Positions 28,212-37,102 of a stretch of DNA of 40,669 bases are shown here, in pieces. A model generated the notes under the pieces. It ran no database searches. It was not told the DNA's origin and was given only the letters and a program-made list of their open reading frames with translations. The position numbers and the translations under genes are program-made. Origin of the DNA: Candidatus Aenigmatarchaeota archaeon (GTDB lineage: Archaea; Aenigmatarchaeota; Aenigmatarchaeia; GW2011-AR5); the NCBI GenBank assembly GCA_018304605.1, contig JAGVVU010000009.1, positions 1 to 40,669 of the forward strand, in the 5' to 3' direction. Numbering within the stretch: position 1 is the first letter of the stretch; every line of letters starts with the position of its first letter.

Positions 28212-28433
28212 ATCTTAGATTCATTGAAAACACACGGCTTTAGCCGTGTGATGTGGGAAAAGCTTTGCTTTTCCTGCACAGAAAGACTTTCAGTCTTTCT
28301 TGTGAAACATAATGAATCTGGGATCCCATCTTCCAACACAGGAAGGAACGAAGTTCCTTCCGTGCAGGATGGCTCTTTGAGCCATCCTTGCAAACCCACG
28401 ACTTTAGTCGTGGGATATAAGGAAGATGTGATT
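28212..28433 (+). repeat. Multi-hairpin structured non-coding element, copy B (largest)
   Basis: Shares long identical blocks with 16849-17019 and has two additional hairpins. Confidence 0.9.
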
Positions 28434-28670
28434 GTGGGCTCACTGACGTTCGCAGGGCAGAGCGAACCAAAATTATAATAGGTTCTTTTTCCCTTACATG
28501 CAGAAACGCAGTTTCTGCTGCACAGCAAGAGCTTGACTCTTGCTTGTGAGGATTTTTCTCCGTTCAAAGAAAGAGACTTATAGCATTTCTCAATAATAAT
28601 GGAACTTCTATTAAGAAATTCTATATGGAAAGAACACCATAATATGCTCCAAAATTAATGTTCTTTGCTA

Positions 28671-28832
28671 TTAGTTGTTTTCATTAGAATTGTTGACGTA
28701 TTCCAGGATGCTTTTCGTCAATCCGACCTTTCCTATCTTCTGCTTGCACGCGAAGCATATCCATCTGTTGCCGACCCTGTCCACCAGCCGGTTCCTTTTG
28801 CATTCAACACATTTTGAGATGGAGATTTTCAT
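28671..28832 (-). CDS. Small Zn-finger-like protein (53 aa)
   Basis: CVEC...CFAC motif. Confidence 0.5.
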   Translation of the reverse strand: MKISISKCVECKRNRLVDRVGNRWICFACKQKIGKVGLTKSILEYVNNSNENN

Positions 28833-29033
28833 TATTATGAATTGATTTTCCGCGTTAATAAAGATTTTTTGCAAAGATCTTGCATTCCTTTGTGTTTCTA
28901 TATGGAATGCGGGATGTTCAAGGACTACAAAATTTGCGATAGTCCTTGACATTCCAGAATTTTTCGCGTTTTTTAGACGGAAAAATCTTTCAATAAACCG
29001 GGAGGATTGCAAAAAAAGCCGGCTTTTGGCGGT

Positions 29034-30458
29034 TTATTTCTTCCTTTTCAGGACGCCTTTCTTTTCGCCGTAGTTTTCAGTCTCGATGCCTATGCTCGTG
29101 TAGGGGGACCTGATTTCCATCTCTTTCTTGCCCCTGTGGAAGCTGACGGAAGCCTGCGGCAGCCTAATCCTGCCATGGACGCCGAAGACAGGCATTATCT
29201 TGTATGAGAGAATACGCTCCTCGTTCTTGTGTATGTCCTTTATCTTCCAGACCAGCTCTGTTCCAGCCGCCGTTTTTTTTCTCGCAGGCTTCGGCCCCTC
29301 GCCTTCCTTTATTTCGAAGACCGAAGGCACGAAATCCTTTACCGTGGCATTCTCCACCTTCTTGCCTGTGGAGTTGGCTATTTCCACGCCGACTGTGAAT
29401 TCCTCGCCTTCCTCGATGAATTTCTTCTCAAGTATGAATTTTTTCACCTTGATTATCCTGACCTTGAAGAAGAATACCCAGCCTGCTATCAGGATGACTA
29501 TGATGAAGAGGAACAGCGGCGAATAGTCGACCCTGAACGCCATTGTCCTTGACTCGCCGGGCTTTATGTCCTTGAGCAGCCAGGCGAACTCGCTGCCTTT
29601 CATCGTAGTGGGCTGCTCGCCTGAATAGAAAGCCGCGTCAAGCCCGGAAAGCGTTTCCGTGAGCAGTGCATCGTCCTCGCTGTTGCCTATGTTGGTGACT
29701 GTCGTTGATTTCTTGTATCCGAACACGAGTGGCTCCTTCTTGCTCTCCTTGGCAAACTGGGCCTGGCTGAGCACTGTGAACGTCCTCGTCTTTTCACTGG
29801 TCTCGCCTTCCGCGCTCACCATGGTCAGTATCGTGTACAAGCCCGATTCGGAGCGGGGTGGCAGGGTGAATGTATAAGTGAAATTCTTTGTCTCGCCCGA
29901 ATCCAGACTGTCGATGTTCTGCTCGAATTCAATCAGCTTGGAGGAGGGCGCGCTGATGGAGGATGTCACCCTTATGTTTTGCACGGTCCTCGCCTTGTAG
30001 TTCTTGATCGTGGTCAAGATCACGATCTGGCTCGTCGGCGTGAAGTTTCCCGAGATTATGACCCTTTCGACGTCAACGATGTCCAGCTTGTTGATATTTA
30101 TGAATATGAATTTTTTCTGGGTCTCCCCCGAGATGAGCGACTCTGCCAGCAGGCTGATCCTGTATACGCTCGGCTGGGTGTCTGCCGAAGGGGTCACGAA
30201 GATGCGGAGGTCCTTCGTCTCGTCACCGTTGAGCCTGATGCGTGTGGTGTCCTGCGTTATCCAGGGTTTAGGGTCAAGTATGGTGAACTGTATGTCCTCG
30301 GGTATCCCGCTGTCGACCCTGATGTCTATCTGCCTGGAGCTGCCTATGGCGACGTTTATGGTTTCGTCAGGCACCGTAACGATGAATGCGAAAGAGGGCG
30401 CACTGAGCAGCAATATCGCCATGACGAAGAAAGCGTATTTCGTTCTCACTAGTAACAA
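29034..30458 (-). CDS. Membrane-anchored surface protein with Ig/CARDB-like domains and a C-terminal DUF11-like domain
   Basis: Signal peptide, beta-rich repeats (LDSGETK, IKPGESR), internal TM helix and VKDFVP...ELVW motif. Confidence 0.7.
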   Translation of the reverse strand: MLLVRTKYAFFVMAILLLSAPSFAFIVTVPDETINVAIGSSRQIDIRVDSGIPEDIQFTILDPKPWITQDTTRIRLNGDETKDLRIFVTPSADTQPSVYRISLLAESLISGETQKKFIFININKLDIVDVERVIISGNFTPTSQIVILTTIKNYKARTVQNIRVTSSISAPSSKLIEFEQNIDSLDSGETKNFTYTFTLPPRSESGLYTILTMVSAEGETSEKTRTFTVLSQAQFAKESKKEPLVFGYKKSTTVTNIGNSEDDALLTETLSGLDAAFYSGEQPTTMKGSEFAWLLKDIKPGESRTMAFRVDYSPLFLFIIVILIAGWVFFFKVRIIKVKKFILEKKFIEEGEEFTVGVEIANSTGKKVENATVKDFVPSVFEIKEGEGPKPARKKTAAGTELVWKIKDIHKNEERILSYKIMPVFGVHGRIRLPQASVSFHRGKKEMEIRSPYTSIGIETENYGEKKGVLKRKK

Positions 30459-30533
30459 CCTTATAATTCTATTCTGCGCCTCGCTATATAAGCATTACGA
30501 ACGTGATTTTCGCGTGATTTGGAAGAAATAGCC

Positions 30534-30803
30534 CTATTCTGTCTCCAAAAGGTCCCTGAATTCGGGATGTTTTCGTACGAATTCGTCGACGTATTCGTTG
30601 GATGAAGTTATTTTGAGCCCGTTTTTCCTGGCATGCTCGAAAGCCGCAGTGCAAAGCTCATCAGCAACTTGGCCGTTTGGCGCGGTCAGGAAATGCAAAT
30701 TCAGGCAGTCGTTTATCATCGTATAGGCAAGCAGGCACTCTTCCCCTTCCGCTTCTGTCCAGAATTTCTGCCCCATGTCGTCGTGCTCTATGTTAAGATG
30801 CAT
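30534..30803 (-). CDS. Small GNAT-like acetyltransferase (YjdJ-like)
   Basis: IEHD..GQKF, VADELCTAAFEHARKNGLKI and YVDEFVRKHPEF patterns. Confidence 0.7.
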   Translation of the reverse strand: MHLNIEHDDMGQKFWTEAEGEECLLAYTMINDCLNLHFLTAPNGQVADELCTAAFEHARKNGLKITSSNEYVDEFVRKHPEFRDLLETE

Positions 30804-30860
30804 TTTTACCCATAGAAGAGTATATTAATAACTTAAATAAGTTCTCGAAAACATCTGCCC

Positions 30861-31223
30861 ATGGGCAAGCGTTATCTGACTATTGAAGAATCTGCTCAGG
30901 TATGGCCGCACATGAAATGGATGGCTCCATTACCTGGTGATTCCCAAGAACGTGTTGCGGTATGGGCAACTACTCACACTGATCCGGATTTACGTGCTAG
31001 AGCTCTTGAAGTTCTGGAAGAACGAGGCTACAAAGGAGTTGAACAGCGAGATGGTATATTATTTCTGGGACTTCCTCTATACCTTTCACGAGCATTTTTA
31101 GAAGCTGTTGAAGAAATAGCTTACCGTCTGAATCCAGGTACACGTCCAGAAAAACCCATCTTTCAATCGCTCTCTGACAATGAAATTCCTGACGTGTATG
31201 TGGCATTGCCAACAAAAAACTAA
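30861..31223 (+). CDS. Hypothetical protein
   Basis: 120-aa ATG ORF with a TATA-like upstream region. Confidence 0.55.
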   Translation: MGKRYLTIEESAQVWPHMKWMAPLPGDSQERVAVWATTHTDPDLRARALEVLEERGYKGVEQRDGILFLGLPLYLSRAFLEAVEEIAYRLNPGTRPEKPIFQSLSDNEIPDVYVALPTKN

Positions 31224-31226
31224 GAT

Positions 31227-31544
31227 TTAAGGCGCGATCCTTTTGCCGGTTTCGAGGTCGATGACAGCGATGACCTTTGGAGTGCAGGTCTTCGCCGCAT
31301 TCATGATGAGGTGCGGCTCCGTCGTCTCTATGTCCTTGAAGAACACGCCCTTCTGAAGCCCTTCCCCCTCCTTGCTGTCGACAAGTATTGCTTTGAACTC
31401 GTCGTCCAATTTGAAATCATACGGGTCCGAGAGCAGGCAGTGTCCTGAGGACAGGCAGCCTTTCTTGTTGTAGATTATCCTGAGCTTGAATGTCTTGTGC
31501 GCCGCCCGCTCGTGCTCGTATGTCTTGTCCATTATCTGCGACAT
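31227..31544 (-). CDS. Single-cluster ferredoxin (probably [3Fe-4S] type)
   Basis: CLSSGHC...P..F and AAKTCTPKVI motifs. Confidence 0.7.
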   Translation of the reverse strand: MSQIMDKTYEHERAAHKTFKLRIIYNKKGCLSSGHCLLSDPYDFKLDDEFKAILVDSKEGEGLQKGVFFKDIETTEPHLIMNAAKTCTPKVIAVIDLETGKRIAP

Positions 31545-31651
31545 AAATATCTGCTAAGTATAGAGGCAAAGACGATTTATAGTTGACCCAGAAAAGAATC
31601 TGGACATGTTCTGGGTCAACTTATAGCGCTCAAGTAAGTATAATATCCAAA

Positions 31652-32491
31652 TTATTTACTTGGAGCACTATAAACCTTCCTTATTTTCGCCACGAAAAAT
31701 CCGCCTGTATTGTTATGGAACGGGTATATGCGCATGCATCTCTCGAGCCGTGGATCGTACTCTTTGCCTTCCCATGAAGTCAGTCCGTTTGCGTGGTTTA
31801 TCTCAACATCAATTCCGTCCAATTCTGCATCTTTGTTCTTTTTCAGCAAAGTATCAATTACATCTTCGTTTTCCTCGGGCCCGAAGGTGCACGTTGAATA
31901 GACGAGCGTCCCGCCTTTTTTCAATATTTCAAATGCATGCAGTACAAGTTTTTTTTGCTTCTTCGCCAGCAGTTTGATTCGTTTTTCCGACCAGTGCTCG
32001 AAGATCTTGTCGCGCTTGTTCACCATTCCTTCGCCGCTGCACGGCGCATCGAGCAGGATTTTGTCAAACTCGCCATCGATCTTGCGCCCGGACTTGTTGA
32101 TCACGTCAGCGCTAAGTCCGTACTTGTTCACTACCCAGCTAAGGCGCTTTACCCTGAACCTGCTTATGTCATTGGCAGTGATATGCGCCTCGTTGTGCGT
32201 CATGAAGGAAAGGATGAACGTCTTTGTTCCGGGCGCGGCGCACATGTCAAGTATCTTGTCGCCGCTCCTTGGTTCTAGCGCAAGACACGGCACGAGCGAT
32301 ACGGGGTCAAAGATGAATGCATCTTTCCTGTCAAAATCATCAGGAACATAATATGCACACCCACACCACGGGACTTTTTCCAGGCTCATGGGTTTTCTGG
32401 AAAGCATGCACTTTCTTGTTCTGCCCTCGTAGATATTCGCATTCATCCCGAGCTTTTGCAAGCTCTGCCCGAGTTTCTCTGGTATTCGCAT
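31652..32491 (-). CDS. RsmB/NOP2-family RNA (cytosine-C5) methyltransferase
   Basis: LDMCAAPGTKT, FDKILLDAPCSGEG, VYSTCT..PEENE and GFFVAK motifs. Confidence 0.93.
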   Translation of the reverse strand: MRIPEKLGQSLQKLGMNANIYEGRTRKCMLSRKPMSLEKVPWCGCAYYVPDDFDRKDAFIFDPVSLVPCLALEPRSGDKILDMCAAPGTKTFILSFMTHNEAHITANDISRFRVKRLSWVVNKYGLSADVINKSGRKIDGEFDKILLDAPCSGEGMVNKRDKIFEHWSEKRIKLLAKKQKKLVLHAFEILKKGGTLVYSTCTFGPEENEDVIDTLLKKNKDAELDGIDVEINHANGLTSWEGKEYDPRLERCMRIYPFHNNTGGFFVAKIRKVYSAPSK

Positions 32492-32520
32492 GCTGGTATT
32501 TTTACGGGAAAATTAAAGAA

Positions 32521-32772
32521 CTAGCGTTTGTTTTCTTTTATCCACTTGTCTATCTTGTCTTCAGGCGTCCTTCCGAATTCCATGCTGACGCCCGCCGCGC
32601 ACATGTCAGTCTTGAAAGTCTCTATTATTTCGACGTCATTTTTGTTTTTGGCGAGGTCTTCGTCGTCGAAAATGTCGTAGCGTCCTGCATGCGCTCCCTT
32701 GGTCCATTTTATCTTGTGCCAGGTCCTCTTCTGGACAGAGCCTTCGTGAAGCGCGTGCATATCGTCTGTCAT
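32521..32772 (-). CDS. Hypothetical protein (83 aa)
   Basis: ATG ORF with host-like codon usage. Confidence 0.55.
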   Translation of the reverse strand: MTDDMHALHEGSVQKRTWHKIKWTKGAHAGRYDIFDDEDLAKNKNDVEIIETFKTDMCAAGVSMEFGRTPEDKIDKWIKENKR

Positions 32773-33172
32773 AGGAAGAAGTAGCCAGGAAATGCTTAAT
32801 AGACTACTGGCCGTCTGGATTATAGCTGACCAACTTAATATTCAAGTATTACACAAGTTGGTCACATATAGTAAACCAAGTTATAATATCCGGGTTATTT
32901 ACTGGGTTAACTATAACTATAAACACGCTAGTGAAATCGGAAATATATGGATGATGGATTTAGCGACCAGACACATTGCTATAGGTTTCACGTAGGTAAA
33001 GATCTTGATCATTTTGATTTCCCCGGATCAGTTATAGCTCTACAAGGAAACAATCTGGATATATTACTTCCTTGTGAGCTATCTGTGAACCCACAAACAT
33101 GTCCGGATTCTTTTGTGGGTTCACTATAAGGCAAGAACTGTCTAGGAGATAATTTCTTTCAGATAAGGGGAC

Positions 33173-33406
33173 TTACCACAAGTCCGTGAGCGTGACCTTC
33201 ATTTCCGTCTGGTTGTCGTGGATTATCTTCAGCCTGACGGCGTTCATGAACGGCTTGTAGTCGTTTTTCCCGATAATTTTCATCGCTTTTTCTTTCAGGA
33301 CATCTATGTCGATTATTTCCGCCTCTATCATGCCCGCTGTTATCCAGTCGTACCCCCCGAACATTGCATTCGCGGGACCCCATACCTGAACTAGCACGGA
33401 ATGCAT
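33173..33406 (-). CDS. Hypothetical protein (77 aa)
   Basis: Co-oriented within a run of small minus-strand genes. Confidence 0.5.
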   Translation of the reverse strand: MHSVLVQVWGPANAMFGGYDWITAGMIEAEIIDIDVLKEKAMKIIGKNDYKPFMNAVRLKIIHDNQTEMKVTLTDLW

Positions 33407-33427
33407 GGGAACAATTATGCTGCAAGT

Positions 33428-33754
33428 CTAAAATAGCCTTAAATTAGCCGAGAGCTTGTTGAGTTTTTCAGGCTCCTCGGGACCGACGACCAGGGCAGTC
33501 TGCATCGGGTCCATGTTGTTCTTGTCGTTGGTGGCAAGAAAGTGCTTGAGCCCGAATTTCTCTGCGTTGTACCATATGCCCCAGAGCGTCTGGATGTCTA
33601 TGACCTGGACCGGCACTGTTTCGACGCTGCCCATCTTTTTCTTGCCGAACATGCCTATCTGCCCGGATGCGCCCAGGATTGCAGAAGATGTCACTTTTAT
33701 AAGTTGGGAGGGGTCCTTCTCGAGCCCGTTCACGAATATCACTGCCATTTTCAT
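33428..33754 (-). CDS. Pth2 (peptidyl-tRNA hydrolase 2)-like protein, divergent
   Basis: MKMAVIF start and C-terminal TALVVGP...LNKLSANLRLF match Pth2 ends; internal catalytic motifs not evident. Confidence 0.55.
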   Translation of the reverse strand: MKMAVIFVNGLEKDPSQLIKVTSSAILGASGQIGMFGKKKMGSVETVPVQVIDIQTLWGIWYNAEKFGLKHFLATNDKNNMDPMQTALVVGPEEPEKLNKLSANLRLF

Positions 33755-33804
33755 GGGAATAAATTGATGAATAGAATTAAAAAGACGCGGCTGGCTGCAT
33801 GCAG

Positions 33805-34137
33805 TTAGAACTTGAAAACCAGCCTTAGCCCCGCCAGTGCGAAGCTCCAGAAAAGCAGCAGGCCAAAAACGACTGCGTACGGCTTTATTGCCTCCTTCCA
33901 AGTCTGTTCCTTGAGCATGTTCGCCACGAAAAAAATGATTGTCAGCAGCGAAAAGCCCGCGACGCTGCCGATGAACATAGAGAGAACCTGGTCCTGGACG
34001 TCTGAGGTCGTAAAAACGAAAATTCCGGTCAGCACCACAAGTATTGGGAGTACTACCTTCTTCTTCAGGCGGTTGACTTTCCTGTGTGTCCTCTTAATGT
34101 CCTGCTTGGCTTCAGAAAGATTTTCCTTGATTTCCAT
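33805..34137 (-). CDS. Small three-TM membrane protein
   Basis: Three hydrophobic segments. Confidence 0.6.
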   Translation of the reverse strand: MEIKENLSEAKQDIKRTHRKVNRLKKKVVLPILVVLTGIFVFTTSDVQDQVLSMFIGSVAGFSLLTIIFFVANMLKEQTWKEAIKPYAVVFGLLLFWSFALAGLRLVFKF

Positions 34138-34266
34138 TTAGTCTTTCATCTCCTGGCAGAAGCTGCACGTCCAGTGGTCAAAGGAGCCCAGCGGCGTTTT
34201 AACAGGCCTCTTCTTCATCTTTCTCCCGCATATATTGCAGAACATCTCTTCTTCCTGGTCTTCCAT
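34138..34266 (-). CDS. 42-aa Zn-ribbon microprotein
   Basis: MEDQEEEMFCNICGRKMKKRPVKTPLGSFDHWTCSFCQEMKD; stop abuts the next ATG. Confidence 0.6.
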   Translation of the reverse strand: MEDQEEEMFCNICGRKMKKRPVKTPLGSFDHWTCSFCQEMKD

Positions 34267-34271
34267 GATTA

Positions 34272-34509
34272 TCATCCTATATAGTGCGCTTTTTTCTCCC
34301 TGGATTTCCGTGGCATCGAGAGGCCAAGGACATCCGCCATGATTAATATGAAATCTGCATTATTTAGCCATTTGTCAAGCAGCTTCCTGGTAAAAAGGTC
34401 AGTCTGGTCTTCCGTAAGATTAAATTCCTTCGCAAGTTCTTTCCTGCCGCCCGCCCTGCTGGCAAAGCTCGTTGATGACTATCTTTTTCAATTCTAATAT
34501 GTCCGTCAT
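34272..34509 (-). pseudogene. Small hypothetical gene apparently split by a frameshift at about 34464
   Basis: MTDILELKKIVINEL then, in the +1 frame, ASRAGGRKELAKEFNLTEDQ...KAHYIG-stop; that frame has a stop just upstream of the break and no ATG near its 5' end. Confidence 0.45.
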
Positions 34510-34561
34510 TGATAAGCTATCCATTAACGATTCTTAAAGCCTTGTTTTCTATTCTTATCTG

Positions 34562-35419
34562 ATGGCAGAACCGAAAGGCTTCAATGAGCTGGTGAAGCTG
34601 GCAGCAAAAGAAAGGCCGGCAAAGCCGAAGAGCACAGGGGAGATTTGGAACAGGTTTCTTTTCATAGTTTTCATGGGCGGCAAGCGCAGCGAGCCCGAGA
34701 TAAATTTCCTGATCAAGATGCTTGGTCCGCTGCTGGACAAAGAATATGTCAGGAAGACCGACGGGGAGGATTGGAGAGAAGCTGTTGATAACGCGATAAA
34801 CGAGCGCCTGGCAAGGATAAAGGACGAGGACATACTTGTCATGCTGCAGGAGTTCCAGAAGGAGATCTTCAGGATAAGCGCCTCGATCAAGGGGGGGGCG
34901 CGATTTTTCGAGAAAAACAAAATGAGCCCGGAATTTCTGGATAAGATTCTCCAGAGCCGGGAGTCGACAAAAGAGTTCATAGAAGACCTGGTGAGTGACG
35001 AGGACGTCTCCAATATAAAGTACACAAAAGTCATAATCTGGCTGCACTCTCTCGGCTATGCGGATGACTTCTGCCCGCCGAGCTACCAGACGAAGAGCTT
35101 CATCAACGAGGTTTACGGCTACTATCAATTCTACGAGGACGACAAGTATTTCATGAAGAAGGTTGAGGAATTCTCAGAGGATGTGAAAAAGAAGACCAAA
35201 GCGACCGTGCGCGACATAGCGATGGCGATTTTTTATTATGTCACTCTAAAGAGCATGCTCCCGCAGCGCTCGCCTGAGAAGAAGAAGTTCACACCGGAGA
35301 CACTGATCAAGTTCCTGAAATCAAAAAAAATAACGCTGAAAGTGCTTTCAGAAAGGCTTGCAGATTTCGAAAAAAGGGAAGACCTGATGCAGAGCCTTTA
35401 CGGTTTCCTGCAGAAATGA
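34562..35419 (+). CDS. Hypothetical protein, possibly HhH DNA-glycosylase-like helical fold
   Basis: 285-aa ORF with host-like codon usage; NIKYTKVIIWLHSLG...FCPPSYQ loosely recalls an HhH-GPD region. Confidence 0.5.
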   Translation: MAEPKGFNELVKLAAKERPAKPKSTGEIWNRFLFIVFMGGKRSEPEINFLIKMLGPLLDKEYVRKTDGEDWREAVDNAINERLARIKDEDILVMLQEFQKEIFRISASIKGGARFFEKNKMSPEFLDKILQSRESTKEFIEDLVSDEDVSNIKYTKVIIWLHSLGYADDFCPPSYQTKSFINEVYGYYQFYEDDKYFMKKVEEFSEDVKKKTKATVRDIAMAIFYYVTLKSMLPQRSPEKKKFTPETLIKFLKSKKITLKVLSERLADFEKREDLMQSLYGFLQK

Positions 35420-35442
35420 TTGGCTTCAGGCATCATTGAACC

Positions 35443-35931
35443 TCAAATCCTGCAGGTCTTCCCGTGTTTCGCGTAGTAATCCTGGTGGTAATCCTCGGCA
35501 GCCCAGAATTTTGATGCTTTGATGATCTTGGTCGCGATCGGCTTTGAATGTTTTTTTTGTGCCTTCTCCTTTGACGCTTCAGCCATCCTCTTTTGCGCTG
35601 CTGTATGACAATATATTGCTGATCTGTACTGGCTTCCCACGTCAGGGCCCTGCCTGTTCACCTGTGTCGGGTCGTGGATCTTCCAGAATAATTCGAGCAG
35701 TTTTTCATAGGAAATTTTTTTCGGGTCGAACTCGACAAGCACTGCTTCGGCATGGCCGGTCTTGCCGCTGCAGACATCTTCGTAAGTCGGTTTCTCGAAA
35801 GAACCACCGGTATAGCCGACGATCGTCTTGACAACTCCTTTGGCATCCTTGAATGCAGCCTCAATGCCCCAGAAACAGCCGGCAGCGAAGGCTGCTTTCT
35901 CGGGCTTTGATTTAGATAAACCCAAATACAT
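35443..35931 (-). CDS. msrA: Peptide-methionine (S)-S-oxide reductase MsrA
   Basis: GCFWG, GYTGG, TGHAE, RQGPDVGSQYRS and AEDYHQDY motifs. Confidence 0.95.
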   Translation of the reverse strand: MYLGLSKSKPEKAAFAAGCFWGIEAAFKDAKGVVKTIVGYTGGSFEKPTYEDVCSGKTGHAEAVLVEFDPKKISYEKLLELFWKIHDPTQVNRQGPDVGSQYRSAIYCHTAAQKRMAEASKEKAQKKHSKPIATKIIKASKFWAAEDYHQDYYAKHGKTCRI

Positions 35932-36544
35932 CACCTTTGTCAAATCGAACCTTCTTGTTTTTTGCAAAGTCATCCGCGCCGCGGTAACCTATCGGGCACA
36001 ATACGACGGATTTCAGACCGGATTTTTCCAGTTCCAGGATCTCGTCGAATTTTCCGCGCTCGAAGCCTTCCATGGGGCAGCAGTCTATTCGCTTCTGCGC
36101 ACAGGCAGCCATGAGCATGCCGAGCGCTATGCAGACCTGGCGGCTGGCCCACTCTTCCCGCTCCTCGTGGGACTTGGACTTCATGACTGCATTCATCCTG
36201 TCCTCGTATGCTTTCAGGGATTTTCTGGTAACGCCGCGCACCTTGATTATCGATTCTATGTATTTCCTGATGTATTTCCCGTCAATGTCAGTGCGCGCGC
36301 AAAGGACTATTAGGTGGGAAGCGTCGGTCACCTGTGCCTGGCCGCGCGCGCGAGGCCGCAGCTTTTCGCGAATCTTTTTGTCTGTTATGACGAGGAATTT
36401 CCACGGCTGCAGTCCGTATGATGACGGCGAGAGCCTCAGAACCTCAAGGAGTTCATCAAGGTCTTTTTTGGATACTTTTTTCTTCGGGTCGAATTTTTTC
36501 GTGGCGTACCGCCAGGTCAAGTCGTCGATTATTTTTGATTTCAT
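35912..36544 (-). CDS. Nitroreductase-family NAD(P)H-dependent oxidoreductase
   Basis: WRYATKKFD, LSPSSYGLQPWKF and DCCPMEGF motifs. Confidence 0.92.
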   Translation of the reverse strand: MKSKIIDDLTWRYATKKFDPKKKVSKKDLDELLEVLRLSPSSYGLQPWKFLVITDKKIREKLRPRARGQAQVTDASHLIVLCARTDIDGKYIRKYIESIIKVRGVTRKSLKAYEDRMNAVMKSKSHEEREEWASRQVCIALGMLMAACAQKRIDCCPMEGFERGKFDEILELEKSGLKSVVLCPIGYRGADDFAKNKKVRFDKGDVFGFI

Positions 36545-36603
36545 ATTTACCACTCTATGCATAACAAAGAAATAAATATGGACTGCCTGTGAATAAACAG
36601 AGT

Positions 36604-37065
36604 TCAATCTTGTGAATTTATGATGACCCTATCGCCTATATGGGGCGTTTTCCAGGGGTATTTAGGAAATTGATCTGCAGATTCATATAATTCTACCCAA
36701 AAATCAGTAAGACTTTGGCTTTGCGGAGTTACATAAAGTGCACCGATTTTAACATCCGACCCTCTTTGCCTAAATTCTTGAGCTATGAAAGCAGGTCCGA
36801 TTCCTGTAGGAAGATCGTCTTCAACTATCAGGATTCTTTTGCCCGATATACTTCCTTGAACATCGTATGCTAAACGCCTACATTCTCCAATACGTTCTAT
36901 ATCTATTGGTCTGACATCCTTTATTCCAAAGTATTTGGCAACTATTGCGCCTGGAATTAGGCCGCCTAGCATAACAGGGCAGATTACATCTGGTCTGTAA
37001 GGCGCAGATTTTTCAGCCAGTGTCAGCATGTCCGCATGATATTGATTCCATGTCTTCATTTTCAT
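36604..37065 (-). CDS. Type I phosphoribosyltransferase
   Basis: MLGGLIPG, PRPP-binding ILIVEDDLPTG and YPW motifs. Confidence 0.85.
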   Translation of the reverse strand: MKMKTWNQYHADMLTLAEKSAPYRPDVICPVMLGGLIPGAIVAKYFGIKDVRPIDIERIGECRRLAYDVQGSISGKRILIVEDDLPTGIGPAFIAQEFRQRGSDVKIGALYVTPQSQSLTDFWVELYESADQFPKYPWKTPHIGDRVIINSQD

Positions 37066-37102
37066 TGGACTAGGATGAAGTAAAAATATTAAAAGAAATC
37101 AG

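Noticed and set aside
16849-28433. Autonomous IS200/IS605 element or DGR template/variable repeat pair
   Set aside because: No transposase, TnpB or reverse transcriptase ORF in the window; differences between copies are compensatory rather than adenine-specific.
28146-28567. ORFs 28146-28478, 28196-28567 and 28240-28470
   Set aside because: They overlap the palindromic repeat array; variation between copies preserves base pairing, and the translations show no recognisable protein features.
32792-33160. AT-rich gap with short ORFs (32792-32995, 32947-33129)
   Set aside because: No motif, repeat or structure could be supported; it may hold a small foreign gene but the evidence is insufficient.
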